A stretch of DNA of 62,351 nt, the filler included, from Chiloscyllium plagiosum (Eukaryota), in assembly GCF_004010195.1 (NCBI RefSeq). It is 3 parts of one record of this genome, joined end to end, with 100 filler letters (N's around TTAATTAATTAA, not from the genome) between each part and the next. Parts side by side here need not be neighbours in the genome. Positions count along the whole stretch, not along the records: positions 1 to 30,461 come from NC_057717.1; positions 30,562 to 58,816 come from NC_057717.1; 1 more part is not named here. One strand, given 5' to 3'. Of this stretch, positions 25,470-37,525 are shown piece after piece. The notes beneath the pieces are model-generated. The model had not been told where the DNA came from, made no database searches, and was given only the letters and a program-made list of their open reading frames with translations. The first letter of the stretch is position 1, and every line of letters begins with the position of its first letter. A program made the translations under genes and the position numbers.

Positions 25470-28400
25470 TAGCGCTATGATGTTGTAACCATAACAGAGA
25501 CATGGGTTTCTCAGGGGCATGAATGGTTGCTGGATGTTCCAGGGATTAGAACTTTTAAAAATAATAGGGAGGAGGTAAAAAGAGGAGGGCGTGTAGCACT
25601 GCTCGTCAGAGAGGGTATCACAGCTACAGAAGTTACCATTATCGAGGAGGATCCGCTACTGAGTCAGCATGTGTGGAAATTAGGAACATTAAAGCAGCAA
25701 TCACCTCATTAGTGGTTAATTACAGGGCCCCCAATAGAAGCAGGGAGACCTCTCTTCCGCGGTTACGTTAGAGCCCGGGTGTCCTCGGAGAAGGAGCACG
25801 CGGTGTCGACCAACACCCTGGAGTTGTTCAGGGAGAGGTGGGCGCTGCAGGGAGTGGAGTGCATTATTTCTCGCTCCAACTCTATTTTGATTTGGTCCCG
25901 ACCCTCCCCTTCACTGTTTTTGATCACACAGCACTGCCCTTTGATGTGAAGGGCAGTGTTTGTCACGAACCACCCGGGTGTTTTCCTATCTTCCTGGTGG
26001 TGGAATTTGAATAAAGATTGGTGCACTTTGTGTCTTTCACTGTGTCTCACACCTGCACACACACACCATGGGTGCTGGGGAAAAAAAATAAACACTACCG
26101 CACTTAGGTGGTAGTGTGGGGGTTAAATAAAAAAATAGAAGCAGGGAGATTGAAGAAAGCATAAGTTGGCAGATTTTGGAAAAGTGTGAATGGAATAGGG
26201 AAGTTGTAATGGGTGACTAACTTTCCCAATATTGATTGGAACCTTCATCCAGCAGATGGTTTGGAAGGAGCTGTTTTTTAAAGGTGTGTTCAGGAGGGTT
26301 TCCTAACTCAGGACGTTGACAGGCCGACGAGGGGAGAGGACATTTTGGATTTGGTGCTCGGCACTGAGCTGGGACAGGTGTCAGATCTTGTGGCGGGAGA
26401 GAATTTTGGTGATAGTGACCACAACTGCCTCACATTCTACATAGCTATGGAGAAGGAGAGAAGCAAGCACAATGGGAGGATATTTAGTTGGGGAAAAGGA
26501 AACTATTATACTATCAGACAGCGTTGCGAAGCATGGACCGGGAGCAATTGTTCCATGGAAAGGATACTATAGACATGTGGAGACGGTTCAAGGAACAGTG
26601 TTGCGAGTGATGCATAAATGTGTTCCTCTGTGACAGGCAAGGAGAGGTAAAATAAAGGAACCTTGGATGACGAGAGCTGTGGAGCTTCTCGTCAAAAGAA
26701 AGAAGGCAGCTTACGTAAGGTGGAGGAAGCAAGAGTCTTGCTCAGCTCTAGATGATTTCAGGCAGGTGAGGAAGGAGCTCAACAATGGTCTGAGGAGAGC
26801 CAGGAGGGGGTAGGAAAAAGGCTTGGCATGAAGGATTATGGAGAATCTAAAGGCATTTTGCACCTATGTGAGTAATAAGAGAATGATTAAATAAAGTGTA
26901 GAGCCGATCAGGGATAGCATAGGGAACTTGTGTATAGAGTCTGAGGAGGTGATTTTTGCTTCTGCCTTTACGAAAGAAAAGGACCTTGTAGTGAATGAAA
27001 CCGATGAGGAGCAGGTAGGCACGCTGCAACAGAGAGATTGAGGAAGCTGATTGTTGAAAACTTTGACAAACATTAATATTAACAAGTCGCCAGGGCCAGA
27101 CCAGATTTGTCCTCGGCTGCTTTGGGAAGCGAGAAATGTGATTGCTTCGCCGCTTGCGAAGATCTTTGTATCCTTACACTCCACAGGATTCGTACCAGAG
27201 GACTGGAGGGAGACAAATGTAATTCTTCTCTTCAAGAAAGGAAATAGGGAAATCCCCGGAAATTAGACCAGTCCGTCTCACGTCTGTCATCTTCAAGGTG
27301 TTAGAAAGGATTCTGACGGATAGGATTTATGACCATCTGGAAGAGCATGGCTTGATTAAACGCAGTCAGCACGGCTTTGTGAGGGGCAGGTCATGCCTCA
27401 CAAATCTTATTGTGTTGTTTGAGGATGTTACTAGACAAGTCGATGAGAATCGAGCGGTGGATGTTGTGTATCTGGACTTCAGTAAGGCATTTGATAAGGT
27501 TCCTCATGGTAGGCTCGTTCAAAAGGTCAGGAAGATTGGGCTAAAGGAAAGTTTAGCTGTCTGGATACAGAATTGGTTGGTCGACAGAAGACAGCGAGTA
27601 GTAGTGGAAGGAAAATATTCTGCCTGGAGGCCAGTGGTGAGTGGTGTTCCACAGGGCTCTGTTTTTGGGCCTCTCTCTTTGTAATTTTTAATTAATGACT
27701 TGGATGAGGAGATTGAAGAATGGTTTAGCAAGTTTTCAGACGACACAAAGGTTGGAGGTGTCGTTGACAGTATACAGCCCTGTTGGAGGCTGCAGCGTGA
27801 CATTGCCAGGATGCAGAGATGGGCTGAAAGTTGGTAGATGAAATTCAAACTGGATAAATGTGAGGTGATGAATTTTGGAAGGTCGAACTTGAAAGTTGAA
27901 TACAGGATTAAAGGAGGATTCTTGGCAGTATGGAGGGACAGCGGGATCTTGGTGTGCAGGTACATATATCCCTTAAAATTTCCACCCAGGTGGACAGGGC
28001 TGTTAAGAAAGCATATGGTGCTTTGGCTTTTATTAACAGGAGGATTGAGTTTAAGAACCGTGAGATCTTGTTGCAGCTCTATAAAACGTTGGTCAGACCT
28101 CACGTGGAATACTGTGTCCACTTCTGGTCGCCCTATTATAGGAAAGATGTGGATGCTTTGGAGAGGGTTCATAGGAGGTTTACCTGGATGCTGCCTGGAA
28201 TGGAGGGCTTATCTTACGAAGAGAGGTTGACTGAGCTCGGACGTTTTCGTTGGAAAAGAGAAGGAAGAGAGGGGACCTAACTGAAGATAATGAGAGGCAC
28301 AGATAGAGTTGATAGCCAGAAACCTTTTCCCAGGGCAGAAATTGTCAACATGAGGGGTCATAGTTTTAAGCTATTTGGCGGAAAGTATAGAGCGGATGTC

Positions 28401-28630
28401 AGAGGCGGGTTCTTTATGCAGAGAGTTGTGAGATCATGGAATGCGTTGCCATCAGAAGTTGTGGAAGCGAGGTTATTGGTGATATTTAAGAGACTGCTGG
28501 ACATGCACATGGTCACAGACATTTGAGAGTTCATACCTTAGGTGTACCTCACATGAGGATCAATGGTCGGCACAACATCGTGGGCTGAAGGGCCTGTTCT
28601 GTGCTGTACTGTTCTATGTTCTATGTTCTA
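25470..28630 (+). mobile_element. 5'-truncated CR1 LINE ORF2 pseudogene (inverted duplicate of 4790-7560)
   Basis: KSPGPDQICPRLLWE, QHGFVRGRSCLTNL, YLDFSKAFDKVPH, SGVPQGS and LVRPHVEYCVHFWSP motifs; GTTCTAT tail at 28611-28630. Confidence 0.95.
25749..26133 (+). mobile_element. 5'-truncated Tx1-clade (L1-Tx1) non-LTR retrotransposon 3' end with 16-bp TSD
   Basis: Flanked by AATAGAAGCAGGGAGA at 25733-25748 and 26134-26149. Translates to PLFRGYVRARVSSEKEHAVSTNTLELFRERWALQGVECII, resembling a Tx1 ORF2 C-terminus. AATAAA and an A-rich tail follow. Confidence 0.85.
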
Positions 28631-30505
28631 AACAATAAACAGTGACAAAACACCACAGATGAGTCAGGATCTGGAGGTAGATACAGAGGCAGCATATTGA
28701 GTCTGATATGATCCTCTTCTGAAGATCTCATATTGGACTCAAAAAGTTAATTGTGTTTCTCTCTGCTCAGAACCTGCAAACGTTTTCCTGCACTTTCAAT
28801 TTAGTTACTGTTTTGGACAGTGGATATTTGTCTGTTCTGAAAGGGAACAGTGAAGCTGCCATTTCTGTTGACACTCAAAATTTTTTTAATGGTTTTTGAA
28901 TGAAAAATGAAAAAAAAATGTGCCTGACAGCTCCCCAAATACAGGTAATTTATTGCCACTGTCATAATGCGTTATGAAAATGTTGAACTCGGTGGTCATG
29001 ATCAAACCTCTGAAAGTAACTGATTGAAGTACTGATCCCAATTGTTGTCAATGTCTTATCATGCTCCTGATGTCACTGGCATCATACTCATCCAGCAAGG
29101 TCTTACCTTTCCGAGAGTTTACATACAACGATGAAAACATAAAATATCTTTGTGTTTTTAACAGGACATATTCATCCAGGGTTTTGGAAGGCACGAGCAA
29201 GGGCAGAGTTTATTTGTCATCCCCAAAGACTCTGGAATAAGCGACATAGAGTTGCCCTGCTTTTACTCCTCAATCCAAAGTGATGCAGATCCAGACAGAG
29301 CTGTTTGTAGGGGCATTCCAAGATTTTAAACATATACTTGTGAAGGAACAGGAAAATTAGCCCCTAGTCAGGATGCCATGCAGTTTTGAAGATACCTTGC
29401 AGAGACTGATTTTTCTATTGCTCCCATTCCCAGTGCAGAATGTTCTCTAATTCCCATTAATCACAGTTTTGCTCAGTGTCCTAGATTCCACCCTCAGTCA
29501 CGTCCTGATTCGATTGAAAGGGAAGTCACTCTGATCTGACCTCAAATTACACGGGCAGATCAGTTGAAAGAATAAGGAGCAAAAGACAAGAACACTGTTT
29601 GCTTGAACAATGTCCTCGCAATATTCAAAAGAAAACTGATGCATGGTCTTCCTTAATGCATTATCTCAACATGACATCACTTCTCAAACAATATTCTGAA
29701 CGGTGGGTATTTGTTCTTTTAATTTGCTTCCAATTTAATATAGAAATGAGAACGTGAATTGATCTTCTATAGTGTGTATATAATCCAGAATTTAATTCAA
29801 TCTTTATCATCATTGCTCGAGCTCTTTCAAACAAAATTAATGAATGAGTCTGTGTCCATCCTGCAGATTAAAAAGTTATTTTCTTTCTGACTATTGCAGT
29901 GAATGTTGTAAACAATAAGCTGCAGGCCCACATGAAATGGAAATATTGCAGGGCACGGTGCCAAACGTTAGTCAGAGGTTAATGATGTCCAAGCTATATG
30001 AATAATACATACGGAGGGGCGGAGTATAAAAGCAGAATTCAGCTCTATATCCAAAATACTATTTGTGGCTCCCTCAGAAAAGACCACAGCTGATTCATGC
30101 TGTAAATTCACCAAAATAGAAAAAACAAGAGACTGGAATTCCCAATTCTGCAACAACATCTGTTGAACAGGAAGAAAATCAAGGTTTGTTTCTGAAATTC
30201 TTAAATGTTGATGACAAGAATGTGGAAGATGGAGGGGATGTTGGAGGATGATGAACCATGTTGTAGATGACACAATTATTAGCCGGGTGGGTCACAGTGA
30301 TCATAGAACATAAAACATAGAACATAGAACAATACAGCACAGAACAGGCCCTTCGGCCCACGATGTTGAGCCGAACATTTGTCCTAGCTTAAGCACCCAT
30401 CCATGTACCTATTCAATTGCCGCTTAAAGGTCACCCAAGATTCTGACTCTACCACTCCCACNNNNNNNNNNNNNNNNNNNNNNNNNNNNNNNNNNNNNNN
30501 NNNNN

Positions 30506-30517
30506 TTAATTAATTAA
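30506..30517. other. Artificial six-frame-stop linker inside a 100-base gap
   Basis: 44 N + TTAATTAATTAA + 44 N (30462-30561); identical construct at 58817-58916. Confidence 0.95.
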
Positions 30518-30561
30518 NNNNNNNNNNNNNNNNNNNNNNNNNNNNNNNNNNNNNNNNNNNN

Positions 30562-31740
30562 CAATGATACACTTTGATTTTACAGCAAAAACGCAGTATT
30601 TTTTATATCTTCTGTGTTGCAAGGATCGTACACAACTTTGTCAGTGTCCCTCCACTCCCCTTCTGCGGAACCGATCTTATAAAACAACTGAGCAATGATG
30701 GACACTCTCATGGACTGCCATAGGGTCTTATTTGTTTCGGATGCTTAACGATTTTTGTTATATCTCGGCCTTGGGATCTTTCTATAATGCAATCCGAAGT
30801 TAGTGGCTGTGCTCTGTTTCGTCATGACCCTCATTTTTACATGAATTATATTCTCAATTTGGCAGGCTATCTCTTATCAAATTTCATTGTCACATTTTGC
30901 ATTAAAAAGTTGATTCAGTTACAAAACTCATAATATTATTTCTATTTCTACTGCAAACCTTGTTTTTGTTAGCTAATTAGACAAGACATGCGAGGTATCT
31001 CTTTAAGGTTTTAAAATTACGTTGAAATCTGTGTCCATGATTATTACGAAATCTTCAATTAGAACTTACAACTATTGTAAATAGTTTCAAAGACACAGCT
31101 CGCTTCTTAAAGATAACTTGAGTTGCTGTTTTTGTGGCTGAACACATCCTTAATGAGATCAGAATAAGTTAACTTTTATGGTGATTCTTCAAAGTTTTTG
31201 TGCTACAATTTAATTATTTCATCTGTGTTTTGTAACAAATCATCATTTTTTTAAAAAAAGAACCTTCTTTATCACAATGTTGACATGTTTCAGAATCTTG
31301 CGAATCAGATTATCCTTTCTTTTGCTTGGAATTATTCTCTTCTCAAAGACCCTTTTTTCACTTATGCTGAAGCAATCTATTTTAATTCTGGTTATTTTGT
31401 GGCTCTTCAAAAACAGACAGTTGACGTAGACTTTTGAATTTCGGCCACTCCATATCTCTAAAATAAAACATCTCTCACACACTCTACGATCTGCCGGAAC
31501 TGTGTATAAACAAAGAGTTTCACTCTACTTAGATACATGCGAGAATAAATCCTATCAAATCAAATTAAACCAAATCATATGATAGAGAGGAAGGAATTCT
31601 CGCAAGGTCAAATCGCCCAGATTGAAGCTCTGCAGCCTGCCGCATCCAAAAATTGTGATAGACAACTAAACAACTAACTGGTGGAGTAAGCAAGCATCCC
31701 CATCCTATAAATGGATCAGGTCTGCACATCAGAATAAAAA
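30562..31740 (-). pseudogene. Decayed coding-like segment of unknown, possibly viral origin
   Basis: About 94 stop-free codons (SETLCLYTVPADRRVCERCF...KKVLFLKK) continue with stops and shifts into ...WQSMRVSIIAQLFYKIGSAEGEWRDTDKVVYDPC. AT-rich yet about 21 CpG per kb; no resemblance to the TEs here. Confidence 0.4.
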
Positions 31741-31759
31741 AACAACAAGGAAATAGTAT

Positions 31760-32620
31760 CTGTACCATCCTTGCCAGGGGTGTTGAGTCGATGATTCGAC
31801 TCACCCTCATCATGATGCCCACAGAATCACAGATCAGTCTTCAACCAATTCGATTCGCTGCACGTCACATGAATAAACAGCTGAACACAGTACATACGAC
31901 ATAGGCAATGGACCCTGACACCAATCCTGCAATAGGACTGAAGACTTGTGCTACACAACAAGCCGTGTCCCTGGGGAAGCTGTTTCCTTCCAGCTCCAAC
32001 TCTGACATCTCCCTGGCAATGTGGAAAATTATTCAGCTGTGTCCAGTCCGTAAGAGGGGAATAATTACAATCTGACCAATTACCACTCCCTCAGTCTCAT
32101 CACGACTGGGAGTTCTTTTTGACAGAGCTCTCAAGCAGCACAGAAATAACCTACCCAGTGTGGTTTCTGATAGGTCCCCACGTGGAGATGGTTCTGTTGT
32201 GGAAATGTCACTGGATTACTAATCCAGAGCGGGCCAATGCTGTGGCAGCGGGTGCAAGTTAAAAACAATTAATAAAATATCAAGATGTAAAATCTGGTGT
32301 CAGTAACAGTGACCTTGAAGCCAATGTCGATTATACGCACCAATCTGCTTTCCTCATGTACTGTCAGGAAGCAAATCTCATGTGTTTTCCTGGTCTGGCC
32401 TAAACGTGATTACAGGCACACAGACATGTGATAGACTCTTCAATAGTCTCGGAAATGGTCAAGCAAGATATTCTATTGTATCAAAACTCTCCGAAGTCTT
32501 AAAGGATAAACCCTGATGGAACAGCCAGCTCCAGTCTCAATATCGGAAAAGGGAATGGGAAACACACTCCTGTCGACCCTGCAGAGACATACTTCCTAAC
32601 ATCTGAGAGTTTGTGACAGC
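31760..32620 (+). mobile_element. Degenerate LINE RT fragment plus associated repeat
   Basis: 'cttcaaccaattcgattcgctgcacgtcac...gcaatggaccctgacacc...ctgaagacttgtgct' and 'ctgaccaattaccactccctcagtctc' (KAMGPD/LKTC and NYxPISL motifs). Confidence 0.65.
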
Positions 32621-33189
32621 ATTTAAGAGCTTTCCCACAGACTGCACAGAAACACTTAGAATGAAGTAGGCCATACAGCACATTGAGACTCTCCCATTAT
32701 AGTTCATGGCTGAACATCTCCTCAAAACACTTTTCCCACACAGTGTACGCATCCCTTAATGAGATTAACCTGGTAAAAGTATAAAATATGAACTGCAGTA
32801 TTCCCTTTGGTGTGTCGAGTTTGCTACATAATTCAATATAATGATCACTGGCCCTTTATTTCCACACCGTATTCCTGCTCTCTCCCCCATCCCTGCAGTG
32901 TCTAGACGTCCTTATTAGTTTTTAGTGCCTCATCTTCCACAGCGTTACGTGGGAGATAATTCCCCAGGTTCACCAGTCTCTGAGTGCAGACATTTATTCT
33001 CATTTCAATGCAGTGTGACCTGCCTGTATCTAATACTGTGGCCCCTTGTTTTAGACACCACAGCCTGGGGAATTATCACCCCTGCTCCCAATCTGTCTCG
33101 CTCTGTCAGAGTGTTATATATCTCACTGAGATCTCCACTCATTTTCCTAAAGCCCATGGAATGCAGGCTCAGTTGACCAAACTCTGCTC

Positions 33190-33394
33190 CCACAACAAGC
33201 CTGTCATCCCAGAGATCAGTCTGGTCATTCTTTGCTGCAACCCCCAATGTCAGGTTTGTCCTTTATTATGTAAGGAGACCAAAACTGCACACCACAACAA
33301 GCCTGTCATCCCAGAGATCAGTCTGGTCATTCTTTGCTGCAACCCCCCAATGTCAGGTTTGTCCTTTATTATGTAAGGAGACCAAAACTGCACA
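33190..33394. repeat. Tandem duplication, ~103-bp unit x2
   Basis: 'cacaacaagcctgtcatcccagagatc...ggagaccaaaactgcaca' occurs twice, differing by one C in a C-run. Confidence 0.95.
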
Positions 33395-33581
33395 CAACAC
33401 TGCACAATGTTCGAGATGGGATCTCACCAAGGCCCTGTACAGCTGCAGTAAGACATCATTACTCCTGGAATCAAATCCTCCTGAAATGAAGGTCAACACA
33501 CCATTTATCTTCCTAACTGCTTTCTGTTCCTGCAGTATTGCTTTCAGTGACTGGTGTACAGGGAGATCCCAGATCCTTTTC

Positions 33582-34051
33582 AATGCTACAGCTCCCCACT
33601 TGGTGGGTCGGTGTAAACTGGTCTATGTGCCAATGTATTCCCAGCTTTGGCTTCTGTCTTCAGAACTCACTGCCCTGCATGGAACTCGGAGGTCTGTCCA
33701 AACAAAAACAAAAAGAACACGTTTAGTTCCCTTTATAAATCGACATTTCTCAGCCACTCCCTTTTCAAATGTTCCACTGGCATTCTATTGTTCCCAACAA
33801 ATTAGACAACATCACAAATGCTACAGCTCCCCACTTGGTGGGTCGGTGTAAACTGGTCTATGTGCCAATGTATTCCCAGCTTTGGCTTCTGTCTTCAGAA
33901 CTCACTGCCCTGCATGGAACTCGGAGGTCTGTCCAAACAAAAACAAAAAAAACACGTTTAGTTCCCTTTATAAATCGACATTTCTCAGCTACTCCCTTTT
34001 CAAATGTTCCACTGGCATTCTATTGTTCCCAACAAAGTAGACAACATCACA
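33582..34051. repeat. Tandem duplication, 235-bp unit x2
   Basis: 'aatgctacagctccccacttgg...agacaacatcaca' at 33582-33816 and 33817-34051, with a few substitutions. Confidence 0.95.
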
Positions 34052-34423
34052 TCTTTCCACACTGCTCTTCATCTGCCACATATTTACTCATTCGCTCCAT
34101 TTGTCTCAATCACCTTGAAGTTTTTTCCACATCCTCCTTATCTTTCAAAATCCTAGTGCCATCAGCAGACTTGGAAACTTTGCATTTGATTCCCTCAACG
34201 AGATGTATTGTGGATATCTGGGACCCAAGCACCAATGACAGCGATGCTGCAGGAGCCTTCGAAACTGAAAACAATCCATTAATTCCTACTCACTGTTTCC
34301 TGCCAGATCTTCCTTTGTGACACCGTGTCCATATATTATCCCCTATCCCATGTGCTTTTTCTTTGCACACTAGGCTTGGGACTCTATTACTAATCTTGCT
34401 GAAAATCCAAGTTCAGTGGCTCT

Positions 34424-34671
34424 ATTGTTTTTTCTGTAATTAATCTGCCAGTCAGTTTCTCAAATATGTTTCCCATTTCATCGATGTGCGTTGATTTTTT
34501 TAAACCCATAATTTTCCAAAGTAATTTCTCCAAATTAGTTTATTTACATTGCTTTTCTGTAATTAATCTGCCAGTCAGTTTCTCAAATATGTTTCCCATT
34601 TCATCGATGTGCGTTGATTTTTTTTAAACCCATAATTTTCCAAAGTAATTTCTCCAAATTAGTTTATTTAC
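34424..34671. repeat. Tandem duplication, ~124-bp unit x2
   Basis: 'attg.ttttctgtaattaatctgccagtc...agtttatttac' at 34424-34547 and 34548-34671. Confidence 0.95.
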
Positions 34672-34849
34672 TAATTTCATACTATGTACTGTTCTCCTCA
34701 GTCTCAGGTTTTCTGCTATTGCTGGGAAAGCTTTGTTTATGTCTTTTTTATGAAGACAGAAGTGAAGTAGTTGATTCATGCTGTTCTGTTCTCCATTCTC
34801 CATTCCCTGGTTTCAGACTGTAAGGGAGCTGTAAGGGACTAAAAAGAAC

Positions 34850-36500
34850 AACTGTTGCCTATTCACCCTGTCCATGCCTCTTGTAATCTTAAACCTGAAT
34901 TATTACCCACTCAACTTTCTCTGCTCCAAGGGAAACAACTCGACCTTATCCATCCCCTCTCCACAGCTCATATGTTCCATCCCAGGGAACATCTCAGTGA
35001 ATCTCCTCTGCATCTAATCTAGTACAATCACATCCTTCCTGTAACATGGCTGCCAGAACTGCACACAGTATTTATTTTGGCCTTACCAAAGTGCCATATA
35101 CATTTTACAATGTTTTGGGTCAACGAACAAAGTCTATTCCTATGATCGTGCCTACCTCATCAATGATCACAACCAGTCATATTCAGGGATGTGTGGAGAA
35201 GCTTCTCTGAGTTTGTTAGTGTGCTGCCATTCAGTGAGTACTCCCCTGTCTGGTTCCTTCTTCCAAAGTGTATTACCTCATATTTATCAAGGTTACATTC
35301 CATCTGCCATTGACCTGCCCATCTGACCAATCCATCTGTATCTTCCTGTAACATAAGGCCTTCCAGCTCACTGCCAACTACCTGGCCAATCTTAGTATCA
35401 TGCACAAACGTGCTTATCACACTCCCCCGAACCAATTCACATTCACATCATTTATGAATACCACAAATAATAAAGGACACAGCACTGATCTCTGCGATAC
35501 ACCAGGGGACATTGGTCTCCAGTTACGCAAATAGCTTTCTGCCACGAAGTTGAGTTTGGATGCAACTTGGCAAGTCACTAATAGGTCCTACCTGTTCCCT
35601 GGCTGTTCTAATTCACTTGACATACGTGTAGAATATTTAGGGATTCTCCCTAATCTTGGCCTGCCAGCAGCTTCCATGACCCTGTGTTAGTCAGTCTCCT
35701 ATGACTGAAGAATTTCCTCGTTATTATGGTCTTAAATGGCCTATCCCTTATTCTGCTCTTATTTGCCTCAAATGTAGAGTAGACAGCCAGAGAAACGTCC
35801 TGTTTATTTCCACCATGCCACATGTTTCATAGATTTTCTAAATTTCACTGCGATCACCTGTCGTTCATTGAAACTGGAGAGGTCACAAAACAAGTCTCCC
35901 ATCGGAAAATCTTGTTATCTGAGGGATTAATCTTGAGAATGTCCATTGCACGTCCTCTGTGATCAGTATGCTCTTTCTTAGATTAGGTCACCAATACTGT
36001 ACACAATATTCGAGGTACTCTCTCACCAACACTCTATGCAACTGCTTCATGATGTCTTTACACCTATATTCCGATTCCCTGAAACGAAGACCAACCTAGC
36101 TTTAACTCTCCAATTACATGTATTCTTCCAATTACTATTTACGTTAATTGCATTTACGAACTCACTGTGTGAGTTCTTATAGAAAGTCTTCTGAATATCC
36201 AAATACACCACTTCCACCGGTGGCCCATTATCTATGCTGCTAGAAACAACTTTAAACTATTCCGAAGTTTATCAGGTATGATTTCTCCGTCAGACATGTA
36301 TAGTGATTATCTGCAATGATGCATTTCTAAATACCCAATATCACATCTTATATAATAGATTCCAACTGTTTCCCTACAGATGTCAAATTAATTGGTCTGC
36401 AGCCCTCCACTTTATCTCTTCTAGCCTGTGTATATAGTTGGATAATGTTTACTACCTTCCAGTTATCTTCTATGGTTTATGGCCTTTGCAGAATCTACAG
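34850..36500 (-). mobile_element. Degenerate CR1 RT fragments (at least two pieces)
   Basis: ORF 35160-35435 reads FVHDTKIG...LQEDTDGLVRWAGQWQMECNLDKYEVIHFGRRN; 'tatttggatattcagaagactttctataag' (YLDIQKTF) at ~36190. Confidence 0.8.
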
Positions 36501-37054
36501 GAAAATAAAACAGTTACCGACAGTTCAATTAATATGCTGTTTTATTTCTGGTATTCTGATATGCAAAATAGCTGGTTAGTTTCTCTGTCATTTCTTTGAT
36601 CCAGACAATAAATTCTCCTTTACTTTACAAATTTCCAACGTTGCTCTTGCTTTTGTTTTCTTTGGTGTATGGATCGTAGATTTCAGCAGTCTGTGTGTTT
36701 CCTTTTTTTTGTTTTCATGTTCTTTTTGTTTCCTTAACACTTTATTCTCCTTATTTTCGGAAAAGTATATCTCTCAGAATGTTCAGGTTTCCACAATATC
36801 TGGAATTCTTCTGAAGCTGATTCCTTTGATTTAATGCAATATTTAATTTATTACTTTAAACGTCATCGAGTCACCTTCCCTTTCTTTGCTGTCTGTAACT
36901 TAGTGATTGGAAGTATTTTTCAGACTTTGCAGTGTTTCTATCAATAACAACCATTGTTTGTCTCACACTACATGTCATATTGTATTTTTCCAATTCACTT
37001 GACCCTCTAGCCTCCGGGCTTCCATGATATTTGAGTGTAATGTTCCAAAATTAG

Positions 37055-37525
37055 GGGAAGGGCAGAGCGTCTGCAATGAGATACAGACAGGGGGGAGGGC
37101 AGAGCCTCTGCAATGGGATACTGACAGGGGAGGGCAGAGCATGTGCAATGGGATACATACAGTGGGAGGGCAGAGCGTCTGCAATGGTATACAGACAGGG
37201 AGAGGACAGAGCATCTGCAATGGAATTCACACAGGGGGAGGGCATAGCATCGATAATGAGATTCAGATAGGGGGATGGCAGAGCGTCTGCAATGGGATAC
37301 AGATCGGGGGGGCAGAGCGTCTGTAATGGGATACAGACAGAGTGAAGGAAGAGTGTCTGCAATGGGAAACAGACAGGGGGAGGGCAGAGCACCTGCAATG
37401 GGGTACAGACAGTGTAAGGGCAGGGCGTCAGCATTGGGATACAGATAGGGGAGGCAGAACGTCTGCAATGGGATACAGATGGAGGAAAGCAGAGCGTTTG
37501 CAATGGCATAAAGTCAGAGGATGGC
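37055..37525. repeat. Minisatellite, ~13 copies of a 34-36-bp unit
   Basis: Consensus GAGGGCAGAGCGTCTGCAATGGGATACAGACAGGGG; explains the repetitive ORFs in the track at 36975-37560. Confidence 0.95.

Larger units (their letters stand above)
18474..30461. repeat. Right arm of large inverted segmental duplication (pairs with 2982-15976)
   Basis: Reverse-complement match begins at 'cttatggtatctggaattcctttaactt' (18474) = 15949-15976 and runs to the gap at 30461 ('accactcccac' = 2982-2992). Confidence 0.96.
32560..34210. repeat. Old direct paralogue of 56180-57480 (mostly a degenerate minus-strand CR1)
   Basis: Shared non-TE junctions, e.g. 'cttcctaaca.ctgagag.ttgtgaca...ttcccacagactgcacagaaaca' and 'cccacttggtgggtc'. 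ORFs 32984-33376 and 56587-56868 both start MQTFILISMQ. Confidence 0.85.
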
